Below are positions 37,574-49,172 of a stretch of DNA of 64,000 bases, piece by piece (position 1 is the stretch's first letter; the number at the start of each line of letters is the position of its first letter). The notes beneath the pieces are model-generated. The model saw only the letters and a list, made by a program, of their open reading frames with translations. It ran no database searches and was not told the origin of the DNA. Location of the stretch: the NCBI GenBank assembly GCA_043228905.1, contig JBHGNT010000012.1, forward strand, positions 15,562,001 to 15,626,000, written 5' to 3'. The stretch is from Azolla caroliniana. Lineage: Eukaryota; Plantae; Polypodiophyta. The translations under genes were made by a program, and so were the position numbers.

Positions 37574-40368
37574 AAGCGGATCGGTCACGTCAATTACCAG
37601 AGGCTTCAAGACTTGCAAACGAAACAAGTTGTTTTCGGTTTGCCGAAGTTTAGTGGCTGGAAGGCCCAAATATGTGAAGCCTGCCAACTTGGGAAGCAAC
37701 ACCAGCTTCCATTTCCCACCGAATGAAACCCAAATATGTGCATGTGACGGATGAGAAGCGGAGGAAGTTGGATGCAAAGTCGGAGAAATGCATCCTGGTC
37801 GGTTACTCACATGAGCAAAAGGGGTATAAGTGTTATAACCCCCGGACAAAACAGGTCCGAGTTACCCGGGATGTTGAGGTTGATGAGATGGCATCATGGT
37901 ATGCCTTACCGGCTCCAACTTCCGACCCCGACCCGATACCGGAGGATGAGGCTAGTGAGCCTGAACCGGCCCAGATAGAGGATGAAGACCTCAGCACTCT
38001 AGAAGAAAGTCCGATCTCATTTCGGTTAACTGGACCGAATGAGCGGTTGAGTCGTGTTGACCAGTCGGATGAGGAACCGGCGAGTAGTGGAGACTCTGCC
38101 CTGCTCTCCCCACGCAAGGAACCGAGGAGACGGTTCACGCGCAAAGAGAAGGGGAAGAAGAAGATGCCGAAATACGAAACCGGCAACGCTAAGTCGGATC
38201 GGAGTGAATCCGACTCCGGAAAGGATGAAAGCAGAACTGTGGGAACGAGGTCTGACCTGACCAAGAAGGGCCCCAAACCGGGTAATACCAAGTTACGCCA
38301 GTCATCCCACCTGAAGAACCCCGTTATGCGGTACGGGTACAATGAGTACATGACGCATCATTATGCGTACATGACCAAGGTGGCAGAAGTGCGTGAGCCG
38401 AAGAGCTACGCAGAAGCGGCAAAGGATACAAATTGGCGTGCTGCTATGGAGGAAGAAATGCGGGCACTTGATGCCAACAACACATGGGACTTGTTAACCC
38501 TCCCCGACATTGTAAACCGATCGGATGTAAGTGGGTGTACAAGGTAAAGTACAATATCGACGCTTCGGTTAACTGGTACAAGGCCCGGTTAGTGGCAAAA
38601 GGATATGCGTAGACCCACAGAATCGACTATGACGAGACCTTCGCTCCGGTAGTGAAGATGACTACGGTTTGTGTGGTGCTGGCGGTTGCTGCAGCAAGGG
38701 GGTGGCATCTTCACCAGATAGACGTGAAGAATGCATTTCTTCAAGGCGATCTTGAAGAAGAGGTCTTTATGACCCAACCCCCCGATTTCCAGTCAGGGAT
38801 GAATAAGTCGGCGGTGTGTCGACTGAACAAGTCACTTTATGGCCTAAAGCAAGCCCCCCGAGCTTGGAATGCCAAGATCACGCACCGGTTGTGCAAGATG
38901 GGGTTTGCGGCCTCCAAATCTGACTCTTCGTTGTTCATCCGGCAAGGTCAGGATGGTCCGGTTTGCATCTTGTTGTATGTTGATGACCTAGTCATCACCG
39001 GACCCGGCCTCAATGAAATCAGCCGAGTCAAGTCCCAGCTGTTAGACGCATTTGAGATGAAGGACCTAGGGGACCTTCACTATCGAGGTGATCCGAACCC
39101 CTGACGGCATAATGCTCTCACAAAGACACTATGTGTTGAATATGTTGTACAAGTTTGACATGATGGAATGCCGAACAATCTCCACACCCCTAAACCGGAA
39201 CCAGAAGCTCCGTCCCGACTCCGGACCGGCCTGCGATGAGGTGCGGTTCCGACAAATCATCAGAAGCCTTATATATTTGACAATCACCTGACCCGACATC
39301 AGTTATCCGGTCGGCGTGATCAGCCAATATATGCAGAAGCTGACCGTAGAGCACCTTCTGTGCGCGCATCGAATTTTGCGATATGTGAACGGCACGAAGG
39401 AACAGGGACTATTATACCAGCATGGTATAACCGAAGAGCTAGTCAGCTACACTCATGCCGACTGGGCCGGCGATACATCGGATTGCCGATCCACCTCTGG
39501 CTATATGTTTTCCCTTATTGCGTGGAGCAGCAAAAAGCAGCCAATAGTGGCCCTCTCGAGCACTGAGGCTGAATACCGGGGCGCTACCGTTGCCACCTGT
39601 GAAGCCATTTGGCTTCAACAACTGTTACAAGACCTACGGATCGAGGTGCCGATGCCGATCCTGATCTACTGCGACAACATAAGCAGCATGCAGCTCGCCA
39701 AGAACCCCGTATTCCATGCTCGCACAAAGCACATAGAAGTGCACTACCACTTTGTGTGTGAGCGTGTCCTGAGCGGTGAAGTCGAACATCGGTATGTTCA
39801 TACGGATCGGCAGGTTGTTGACATCTTCACCAAACCGCTCGGATCGGACAAGTTGCAACACTTCACCGAAATGCTTGGTGTTCAGTATCTCGACGTGCCA
39901 CACTTGAGGGAGAGAACGGGCAAAGGCAAAGAAACTGTTGATTGCGCCGGTGAGGGAAGAACCGACAAAGGGGGAGACAAGAAGAAGAAAGGAGTTGAGT
40001 CAACAAAGGAAGTTGACACATCCGAACAAGTCGAAACAAGCGGCAGCGACGGTAGAGTCAAGAAGGACAGAGCCGACCGGAAGAAGAAGGCCAAGACCCG
40101 GACATGGTCCGATGTGGTGAAGGGCCTGGAACCGAAAGACGAATCGGGAGTAACCGATTTGGACAAGAGCTGGAACGAATCAAAGACAGCCGATTCGGTT
40201 CAACAGACGGATTCGGAAGAACCAAATCAATTCAAGGCCAAGAGGACGAGATGGCAGCAAAAGTCGACGCCAACACGAAGGAATCAGCGAGTCGACAAGC
40301 GCCGAAGTCACAACAACAAGGGAGCTAGTTTGGGCCTGCTGAGCAGACAAGCCGACCGAGGAGGTTGA
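37574..40368 (+). pseudogene. Copia pol 3' part: integrase Zn finger, SH3-like domain, RT, RNase H (integrase core missing)
   Basis: KRIGHVN..CEACQLGKQH, then directly YVHV..KLDAKSEKCILVGY. Also EPKSY.EA, QIDVKNAFLQG, SLYGLKQAPRAW, LLYVDDL, ADWAG, SSTEAEY, CDN.S, RTKHIEV, DIFTKPL. Confidence 0.92.
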
Positions 40369-40913
40369 GATGCACAGAAACAAAGGGGTCTCGGCAAACG
40401 GGACCGGACCGGATGAGGAGCGCGAGCGAGGCGGAGTGACGCCAGACGGAGCCGGGTGGAAGGACCGGCAGCCATGGAGACTGACACTACGATCCGATCT
40501 CAAGTTGAGCTTGAGGGGGAGTGTTGAGCGGCAAACTCAACCAGATCCGGATCGGCTAAATAAGCCTGAGCCGGTGAGCCGATGAGCCGGTGAGCTGGGG
40601 AGCCGGTTAGCTGGATCAAGCAGTAACCGGAAGTCAAGTAGCAGCTAGTCTACTAGGGAGTTAATATCTCGTAGTTAGTGTCAAACACTCATGTGAGCAT
40701 TGAAGTACACCGTACATCTGTCAATCCGTATGGACTTGTATAAAAGTGTTCACTGAACACATACGATGTACAAACTGAGTAATATTTTGAATTGAGTTTC
40801 TGTGTGTTCTCTTTCTTTGTGTCTCCCACGTACTATGTATATTCAAGCTCTCCATTAAACCTGCGTATTTTTTGTGTTCGGTTTTCTATTGCTTCCGCAC
40901 ACTATTCTTTGCA

Positions 40914-41835
40914 ATGTTGTCATCCATGTATATGATATTTTGTTGGATGATCTTTCGAAGGCTAGCGCACTCCCTTCTCTGTGGTCCATGTTGTCGCACC
41001 ACACACATCTAAAGGGTTCTTTTCCTTTTGGGCCCCGACGATTCATGTTTGCTATCATGACCGTCTCAAATTTCTTCGTCAGTTCTTTGATGATGTCATC
41101 ATCAATTTTCTTTTCTTCCAGGTTGCTTTGTTTGGGCGGCTCAACCACTTTTGGTTGTCTCGTTTTCTCCCCGCTCAATCCTGCCAAGTCAGTGCCATCA
41201 ACCCATTGATGACGCTTGTCGAGCCTGTTGCACGCTCGCTTCACCGCAGTCTAGTCTGCCACAAGCTCGTTCGCTTGGGTGTCATCTTCGATGAGAGTCC
41301 CTAATTCTCGTTTATCCTTCATATCCACAACTTTTAGGAAGTACAAAGTCTTGTCCTCCTCAAGCAGCACTTGGTCTGTGGCGGGGAGACGACTAAACAT
41401 CTAATCGAACTCGTCATACACCCTCGAGGCGCTCATTTTCTTATTCTTCTTATCTATCCTCTTCATCAAGAAATTTCGAGTCATCTTCGACAAATCCTCA
41501 GTCGCGAACTCCGCTAATATTGCTTTTTTGAACTCCAACCATGTTGTCTTCCCTTCTTGGAGCTCGATGACCCGCCTTTGGACGTTGTTGGCGACAACTC
41601 GTTTAAAACTCAAGATTTGACGTGCTTCCAACACATCCCTTTGATTCATCTCCCTTTTGTATGCATCAAGGAACTTCATAATGTTCCTTCCATCAAATTG
41701 ACCCACGACCTCCACGACACGATCAACAGCCTTCTCCACGATTGCATCGTTGTCCCGAGATCTCATCATTTGTTTGACGATTACCATCATCCTTTCGAAC
41801 TCTCCCGCTTGATTGCTTGAGGATGTCATCTCCAA
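40914..41835 (-). pseudogene. Gag N-terminal part of the tRNA-Trp-primed Gypsy element
   Basis: ORFs 41401-41835 (GQFDGRNIMKFLDAY...TTWLEFKKAILAEF) and 40855-41244 (CVWCD..DH knuckle), directly downstream of the PBS. Confidence 0.8.
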
Positions 41836-41873
41836 GTATCGGTCGATCCTCGTCTTGATCCTTCCTACAGCTT

Positions 41874-41892
41874 ATTCACGTCGGGTTCACCA
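41874..41892 (-). promoter_or_regulatory. Primer-binding site complementary to tRNA-Trp
   Basis: Minus strand reads TGGTGAACCCGACGTGAAT, the complement of the plant cytosolic tRNA-Trp 3' end ATTCACGTCGGGTTCACCA. Confidence 0.85.
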
Positions 41893-41899
41893 AGAAAGA

Positions 41900-42021
41900 T
41901 GTTGAGGAAATCCTCGTGTGTTCACGAAATGAAGTGGGACCATTGGGGTCCTGGACCAGATGGGTTCGATGTTTTTAGCAGTGTAAGTGAGAAATTTTTG
42001 AAGATAGATAGACAGACAAAT

Positions 42022-42068
<47 letters not shown>

Positions 42069-42590
42069 CCTTGACTTCACTTTTGAGGGAGAAAATACAT
42101 CACCAATAGGATAACTAGTTTTTATTATTATTAATTTCTTGATTAGTACATAGCTTCCCCTTGATCAATTGATTGATTCATTCTTTTCTTTTTCCTCCAC
42201 TCTTTTATAGATGCCCCATGCATATGATGCATGTGACGGTGCAAGACATGCATACAATGCATGTATGCCATTTGGCGCTCATGCATTACATGTGATGCAT
42301 GATAACCATGTCACTCATGCAAGCTCTCATGTATGAGAATTTACATATGAAAAAGTATAATTATGAAAATACAACTTATAAAGAAATGACTTGGCGTTGT
42401 GGTAAGTCAATTGTGTTATGTAAGATTGTCCCTTCTTGTAGGGGAGTTGGCAGAAAAGCCGAAACGAGAGTCAACTGGCCGAAATCGATCAGAAAAACCG
42501 AAACGAGAGTCGGTTGGCCGAAAATCAGCGGAAAATCCGAAACAAGAGTCAATTGGCCGACATAGGATTCAATCAAACAATAGTCGGCTG
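41900..42590 (-). mobile_element. 5' LTR of the tRNA-Trp-primed Gypsy element (outer end approximate); includes a 3x39-bp repeat at 42452-42562
   Basis: Matches 21027-21600. Lies next to the Trp PBS. Contains a (GA)n tract and a catg-rich block. Confidence 0.8.
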
Positions 42591-45500
42591 AACAAAAGTT
42601 AGACGAATACACACACACACACATATATACATAGTCATATATATATGTGAGATAAGTGAGTCTTTATATAGAGAGAGTCAAATTAGCTGCATATATATGT
42701 TACGGGCATGACCATATAATATCCCGTGGTGAGAATTTACCGTAATATTCTATACACGTGGATAAGTGTGAGGGTAAACGGGAGTGTAAAGAAGGGGAGG
42801 ATTACTTTTAATCCTCGAGATTGAGACAACCCATTAGGCCAAGTGTGAACTTGCCTGGGAGCCTTGGGTATCACTATAAATAAGAGGCCTAGCTACCGTC
42901 ATTTCATCATCTTTTGACTACGTTGAGACTCTGTTTCATGGTGGTTCAACTCTTGTAGTGAGCGCGCCAGCACCAGGTATGATTCGACGCCACGACGGTG
43001 GTATGGGACGCCTATCGAGGCTCGATTCTGTCTCGATCCCTTCGTTCGGGGGTGGTCGAGTGGATCGGCACCCTTCTTTCTCTCTCTCCTTTCTATCTAT
43101 CTATCTTTTATCCTTATCATATGCTTACTTTAGATCATGTCTCTAATAGTTGGTATCAGAGCTCATGTTCTAATGTTTCCTTTGTTGTCTTTTGTCTTCT
43201 TGATTGATGGTGATCGATTGATGTGCGACCGCTGGCCTTGATCCAAACAGCGATCAACAAAGGAACTTCGGTAATCTTTCTTGTTTTTTATTTCTATTTT
43301 TTCTTCTCCCTTCTAATCATGTATATGGTCATATGTAAAAAAAAAATCATTAATTCAATGATGTTGTAGTGGTAATTAATTGGTTATATAAAACGTTTAC
43401 ATATGTGCGTGAGGTCAATATCTGAAACATATATTTAATATGTGATTAGTGTTGTATGCGTACGAGGTTAATACCTCAATTACGTATTACATTCACAAAC
43501 ATATGTTACGTTTGCGTATGAGGTCATTACCTTGATTTGTATGTAAATGATATGTGTTTAGTGTCGTATGCGTATGAGGTCAATACCTCAATTGTGTATT
43601 ACGATTCACCCTTATTTTTAGATGTTTCGTGTGCGTAGAGGGTATATGCCTCAATTACGTATCTCGATTACATCATTTTTGGCTATTTTATATTACGATT
43701 TCTTTTATATATGCATATGTGGTCACGTGTATACCTATTTGATCGTATATATGTGACAATATGCATGTGTATATAAGTTATTATGTGATTTCAATATCGA
43801 TTGTTTTCCTTTTCGAGGAAAGGATCTTGGTGGCCGTCCTCACATTTTTGTGAGAATGGCGTTGTCACCATCCCTTTTTCAACAAATTTTTATTGTTGAC
43901 ATCCCCGTTGGTGACTTTGATTTCATTACGTAATGAAACAATCTTAGCCACAATGGTGTTGAGAATGTAGGGCTTGACCCTCTTGATGTGAGGTCGCTCT
44001 TATGACACACATATCCAACATCCCTCCCTAATTACATTGATACGATGCCACCATGAGATCATTCTTACGAAAGGCATTCGTAATGACGTAACCATGTGAT
44101 GGGCCACGTGGCCCTACTACGAAAAGAGGGCTCATTTGGCTTGACCATTAGGTTGCACTTTGGCGTATGCCATCGTAATTACGAGACTTGAGGTTAGGTA
44201 ACGTATCAACAAATTTTGTGGTAAATGAGGAGGAAATAAGGACTCTTGACATATATGTTTCTTTTAAGAAAACATATATGGGGAAATGCCAGGTATATCT
44301 CTTATACACATTAAATATTAAGCATTCAAGAAGAGCAACCTACTTGGTTGGTTCAAGTGTTTAATACATTTGTTCTCGAGGTCACGGGTTCAAATATGAC
44401 GAAGACCATACAACATCGTTGATACATATGACTATAACACATGTTTAGACTTAAGGTCTAAGTGCACTTCGGGGTCCTCGTAATAGGACTTAAAGAGCTG
44501 AAACCACATATGTGGGCACCGAAACATAGTTTATTGTTAACATTTTTTTCGTGTATAAACTATTCATGACGCGAACATACATGGTTGAGCCTCAGGGAGC
44601 CGCCATGAAAAATCGATATAGAGATCAGGGAAAGACATTAATTTGTCAACCCCATTGTTTTTAAAACACCTTTGTGTTACCATAGTAACCTAATCTTCAA
44701 CCTCATCTCATACTTCTAGAGGGGTATTGACGTGAGATCATGATATCGATTAATGTTTGCCCATGATATGTTTACATCACGACATGATGTTATGACTATT
44801 TGTCTGACCTTATCCTATTTCTTTACCAGAAATAATCATTCAATGGCTCAAAATAACGACCCGATGTCATCCGCTCAAGCAGAAGGAACTCAAGGAAATC
44901 CTCCTGGAAAAATGTCCATTGAGATGTATTTTTCACAAATAAGCCAATACCTTAGTTTCACCGCTCAACAGATAACCGAACTTCGGCAATCTCAAAGTGC
45001 TCTCGAGGAACGTGTCATTAGTTTACAACGTGAGAGTAATAGACCTGATGAGCGACAAGATGAACCATCGTTTGTCGTTAAGCCATTTATGGGAGAAAAA
45101 AAGGAAAGAACGGAAGAAGAAATCTGCACGTGGTTGGGCCGATGGGAGTCTCATTTTGAGCTCTATCCCATGCTAGATAGTACGAAGATTGCATATGTCG
45201 ACCGAGAACTAGGGGGTAAGGCCGCCGCCTTGTGGCGTGGGCTCCGAACTTTGGGGAAATTGCCTGATACCTGGACAAAATTTGTCACGGTTTTTAAGAG
45301 CCAATTTCTACAACCTCCCTCCCGAATCGAGGCAGCACAAGCTTTAATGAACCTCTCTAGCAGGAAGTTTTCCTCGCTCGAAGACTATGTTCACCATACT
45401 AGAACCCAAATCCAAAAATCAGGTGTAGAAGGGGACAATTGGTTAATAGCTTGTTTTGTCAATGGCATCCCCAATTCGGAATATCACTAGATAGTGCACG

Positions 45501-47776
45501 ATAAGGATCCAAAATCCTTCAAAGATGTCGTTCAAATAGTTCTTCGTTATCAACACACTTCGACAGACCACAACAAACCCAACGAAGAGCCCGGGACTAA
45601 GCAGTCACGATTCGTTGGGAAACGCAAGACACCCAACAAATTCATGGATCGCGATTGTAAGCAACAACAACCTTTTTGCATATTCTGCAAAAAGAAGGGT
45701 CATACAAAAGAGCAATGTTGAAAGCTCCAACGGAAAGAGCACGACAGCAAAGCTAAAGTTGCAGACCATAAAGGTCAGATTCCTAATGTCCTTCAGGTCT
45801 ATACACATCATTTAAGTAATTGTCAATGTTCTTTCCCTCACTATGTATTGGGTCCCAATGATTTACTATGTGCAAACGGCTATATCAATGGATCTCCAGT
45901 ACAATTTTTGTTTGATTCAGGAAGCTCACACAAATTTGTGAATGATCGTTTGGTTCAGATATGGGGAATCCAACCCATTGTAAGTGATCACACCTATACG
46001 GTGCACTTGGCTGATGGAAGAGTACAATACATTAGGAATTTCTATTGATACTTATATAGAGGAAGTAGACTTCCATGTAATGAATCTTTGTACCGCTGAT
46101 GTAATACTAGGTTATCCCTAGTTCTATAATAAAAACTCTTCTTTATCTATTGATTGGGTTCATCATTCAATAACTTTTGTACTGAATGATTGTACTCATT
46201 TTATTCAATGTGTAAAAAAACAATCCCTCTCGATTGTTTCCTCTCAATCAATATCCGAGTTGTCTTGTTCTACTCTATTTTATTGTGTACTTGATCTAGA
46301 CATTCACGTTTACAATATCGATAATGTCTCGGTTCAATTAACATATTTTGAACAACAACTTGATGAAATCTTAAATGATTTTCATGATGTTTTTCCGAGT
46401 GAACTACCAAATGGGTTACCTCCTAAACGTAATATAGACCATCGTATAGATATTGTACCTGGTGTTGCACCAATAAGTATACCTACTTATCGCTTAAGTC
46501 GATCCGAAGAGGATGAGGTATCTAAGTAACTCAAGGACTATTTACGAATGGGTTATATACGTTATAGTAAATCTCCATGGGGTGCACCAGTTCTCTTGGT
46601 TAAAAACAAAGAGGGCACATGGCGTATGTGTATTAATTACCGACACTTGAATAAAGTGACGATCAAGAATTCGTATCCATTGCCCCGGGTTGACGATCTA
46701 ATTGACCATCTCTAAGGAGCTTGGTATTTTACGAAACTTGATCTCCGCACTAGCTACCATCAAATTCGTATAAGTGAGGACGATGTTCCTAAAACGACAT
46801 TTCATACGCGTTATGGCCATTATGAGTTTTTGGTTATGCCTTTTGGTTTGACCAATGCTCCGGTTGCATTTCAACAAGAAATGAATGACATTTTTCGAGA
46901 ACAACTTGGAAAATTTGTCATTATTTTCTTGGATAATATTTTAGTTTATTGTCGTACATTACAAGAACATGTTAAACATGTCCGCTTTGTTTTACAAACA
47001 TTGTGTGACAAACAGTTTTATGCGAAGATCTCAAAATGTGAGTTCTTCAAGAAATGAATTACTTATCTTGGACATCTCATAACCAAACGAGGAGTTGAAA
47101 TTGATCCTTCTCGCATCGAGAAAATCAAACTTTGGCCCACTCTTTGGAATATTCGAGAAGTTCGATCATTCCTTGGTTTTGTCAGGTTTTTGCGAAAATC
47201 CCTTTGTAATTACTCCCAATTGACGACGCCGTTTACTGATCTTCTAAAAGGTTAAACCCGTAAGTCTACAAAACCTATTGTCTGGAATGCTACACTAGAC
47301 CTCGCCTTTAAGGAACTCAAGGACCTAGTGTGCAAGGCTACTTAGCTTCTTTTACCCGATCCTTCAAACCAATGCAAGCAATTATACTATAGGTGTTGTC
47401 TTATATCAAGATGATAAACCAATAGCATTCAAGAGTAAGAAACTTGATTCTACTCAATGTCGGTATACCGTTCAAGAAAAGGAGTTATTTGCAATTATAC
47501 ATGTGCTCAATACATGGTGCCATTATCTTTATGGAAATCGTTTTGTGGTCACTACGGACCACGAGTCCTTGAAATATTTTTGTGACCAACAAGTCCTGAA
47601 AAGTCGTAAGGCACGATGGGCTGAAATGATCACCTTTGAGGAAATACTGGGCAAGAGTTGAGTCTAGAACAGACACCACCACATCCTCGAAGGAATACTT
47701 CCACATTGCTAACGGTTTGCTCTACCATAATGGGAAGGTTTGTGTTCCAGATTTGCGTGAGATCAAAAAGAGAATT

Positions 47777-48073
47777 GGGTGAAAGCATGGGAATGGGAAC
47801 AATTAGCTATGTCCTTGACATAGCTAATTAGCTATCTAATTAGCTACATGTAATCTGTATATTTTGGCAATTTTAGGGATGATTAGAATTTGATCTCAAA
47901 TAAAGACTAGCTAAACGGTGGACCATAAATGGTAATATTTCCATCCCCATCATAAATGATACGTATCTTTAAGATCTTCCTACTAAAAATTAGCTATAAA
48001 AAAAACTATTTAGCTGTGGTCAATTTACTAGCTAAATAGCTATAATAGTGTTTCCATTAGCATGCTTTCACCC
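47777..48073. mobile_element. 297-bp MITE with GGGTGAAAGCATG TIRs and an AATT 4-bp TSD (Sola-like)
   Basis: aatt|gggtgaaagcatg...catgctttcaccc|aatt. Removing it restores the integrase Zn-finger frame (KKRIL..CHDAPS..H). Confidence 0.8.
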
Positions 48074-48529
48074 AATTCTTTTTTAATGCCATGATGCACC
48101 CTCAGCAAGGCACCTTGGAATACATCGTACACTCGTTCTCATCGCCACTCAATTCTATTGGCCTAAGATGTGTCCTGACATACATAGCTATGTGACTAAA
48201 TGTGACTAATTTCAGGTTAACAAAGTCGAGCGACTTAAAGCCGCAGGACTTTTACATCCCTTGGAAATTCCCAATAATAAGTGGGAAAGTATATCCATAG
48301 ATTTTATTGTTAGCCTTCCTCGCACCCAAAAAGGTCATGATGCCATCTGAGTTGTGGTAGATAGACTAACTAAAATGGCCAGATTTATTGCTACTAAAAC
48401 CACGGTAAAAGCTCCTGAATTGGCTTACCAATTCGTTGGCGAATTATTTCGTTTTTATGGGTTACCGATGGATATCGTGAGTGATTGAGATCCAAAGTTT
48501 ACTAGTGACTTCTGGATGCAAGTCTTTAA

Positions 48530-49172
48530 TGATGAGAACTCGACGTTCCTTATGTCCGACGCTCGGCCACAACCGAGATTCTTTTCATACACAGAAAAAC
48601 AGGTAATGAAACGCGACACAAAGGGGAGAAATGGTACACAGGAGGTTTACGTGGAAAACCCCAAAATAAGGGAAAAACCACGGCAGCCCACAGGCTGCAA
48701 ACTGTCACTATGTAGGAATATACAACAGTGAGTTCGCTGAGGCAACGACCTCGTGCTCTCAGATCTTCGCCATAGGCGGCGGTTACAACAGAGGCAACGA
48801 CCTCGTCTCTCTCTCTCTCTCTCTTTACAGTTACGCGCTCTCTCTTCTTCTTGCACCAACAAGGAAGAATAACAACAACAAAAAAAAAAACAACACACCT
48901 AAAAGTTTGCCCTAAGTCATATTTATACTAATATGACTTTTCGACTATTCGGCTATTTACAAATGTAGCCTCGATGGGCTCTCAGAAACATATTTACGAA
49001 TATGTCTCTTCCCTCGGTTCATACCGGACCTGCACCATCCGGCTCTCCGTAGTCGGGTACTCCCCATCCGGTTCATACCGGGCCTACACCATCCGGCTCT
49101 CTGCAGTCGGGTACTCCCCATCCGGTTCATACCGTTTCTCCCTTCCCATCCGGAGGGACCTATCTCCCAACA
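48530..49172 (-). mobile_element. Copia-family solo LTR (643 bp) with a TTTAA TSD
   Basis: tttaa|TGATGAG...CCCAACA|tttaa. The empty site aagtctttaagaag is present in the duplicate copy at about 49551-49564. Confidence 0.93.

Larger units (their letters stand above)
27743..37575 (-). mobile_element. Non-chromovirus (Athila/Tat-like) Gypsy retrotransposon nested in the Copia integrase; LTRs 27743-~28157 and 37333-37575 (truncated)
   Basis: Direct repeats offset by 9590 bp, with about 11 differences in 243 bp. Minus-strand PBS tggcgaccacg (tRNA-Arg-like) near 37315-37325. Domain order gag-PR-RT-RH-INT, then an extra ORF. Confidence 0.9.
23157..40913 (+). mobile_element. Three-LTR Ty1/Copia complex (LTRs 23157-24221, 25843-26243, 40522-40913) bounded by an ATGTT TSD
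   Basis: atgtt at 23152-23156 and 40914-40918. LTRs run tgttgagcggcaa...ttcttt(a/g)ca. tRNA-Met PBS after LTR1 (24222) and LTR2 (26244). PPT ttgagggggag at 40511-40521. Confidence 0.9.

Noticed and set aside
41874-41892. tRNA-Trp gene
   Set aside because: Only the 3' 19 nt including CCA are present, next to an LTR; this is a PBS.
42968-43080. 5S rRNA (Cassandra-type), snRNA or a known ribozyme
   Set aside because: I see no match to plant 5S or U snRNA sequences, or to hammerhead/HDV core motifs; an Rfam search is still needed.
43400-43670. Spaced palindromic repeats as a CRISPR array
   Set aside because: Repeats are too degenerate, spacing is irregular, and they lie in a retrotransposon leader; treated as an RNA hairpin array instead.
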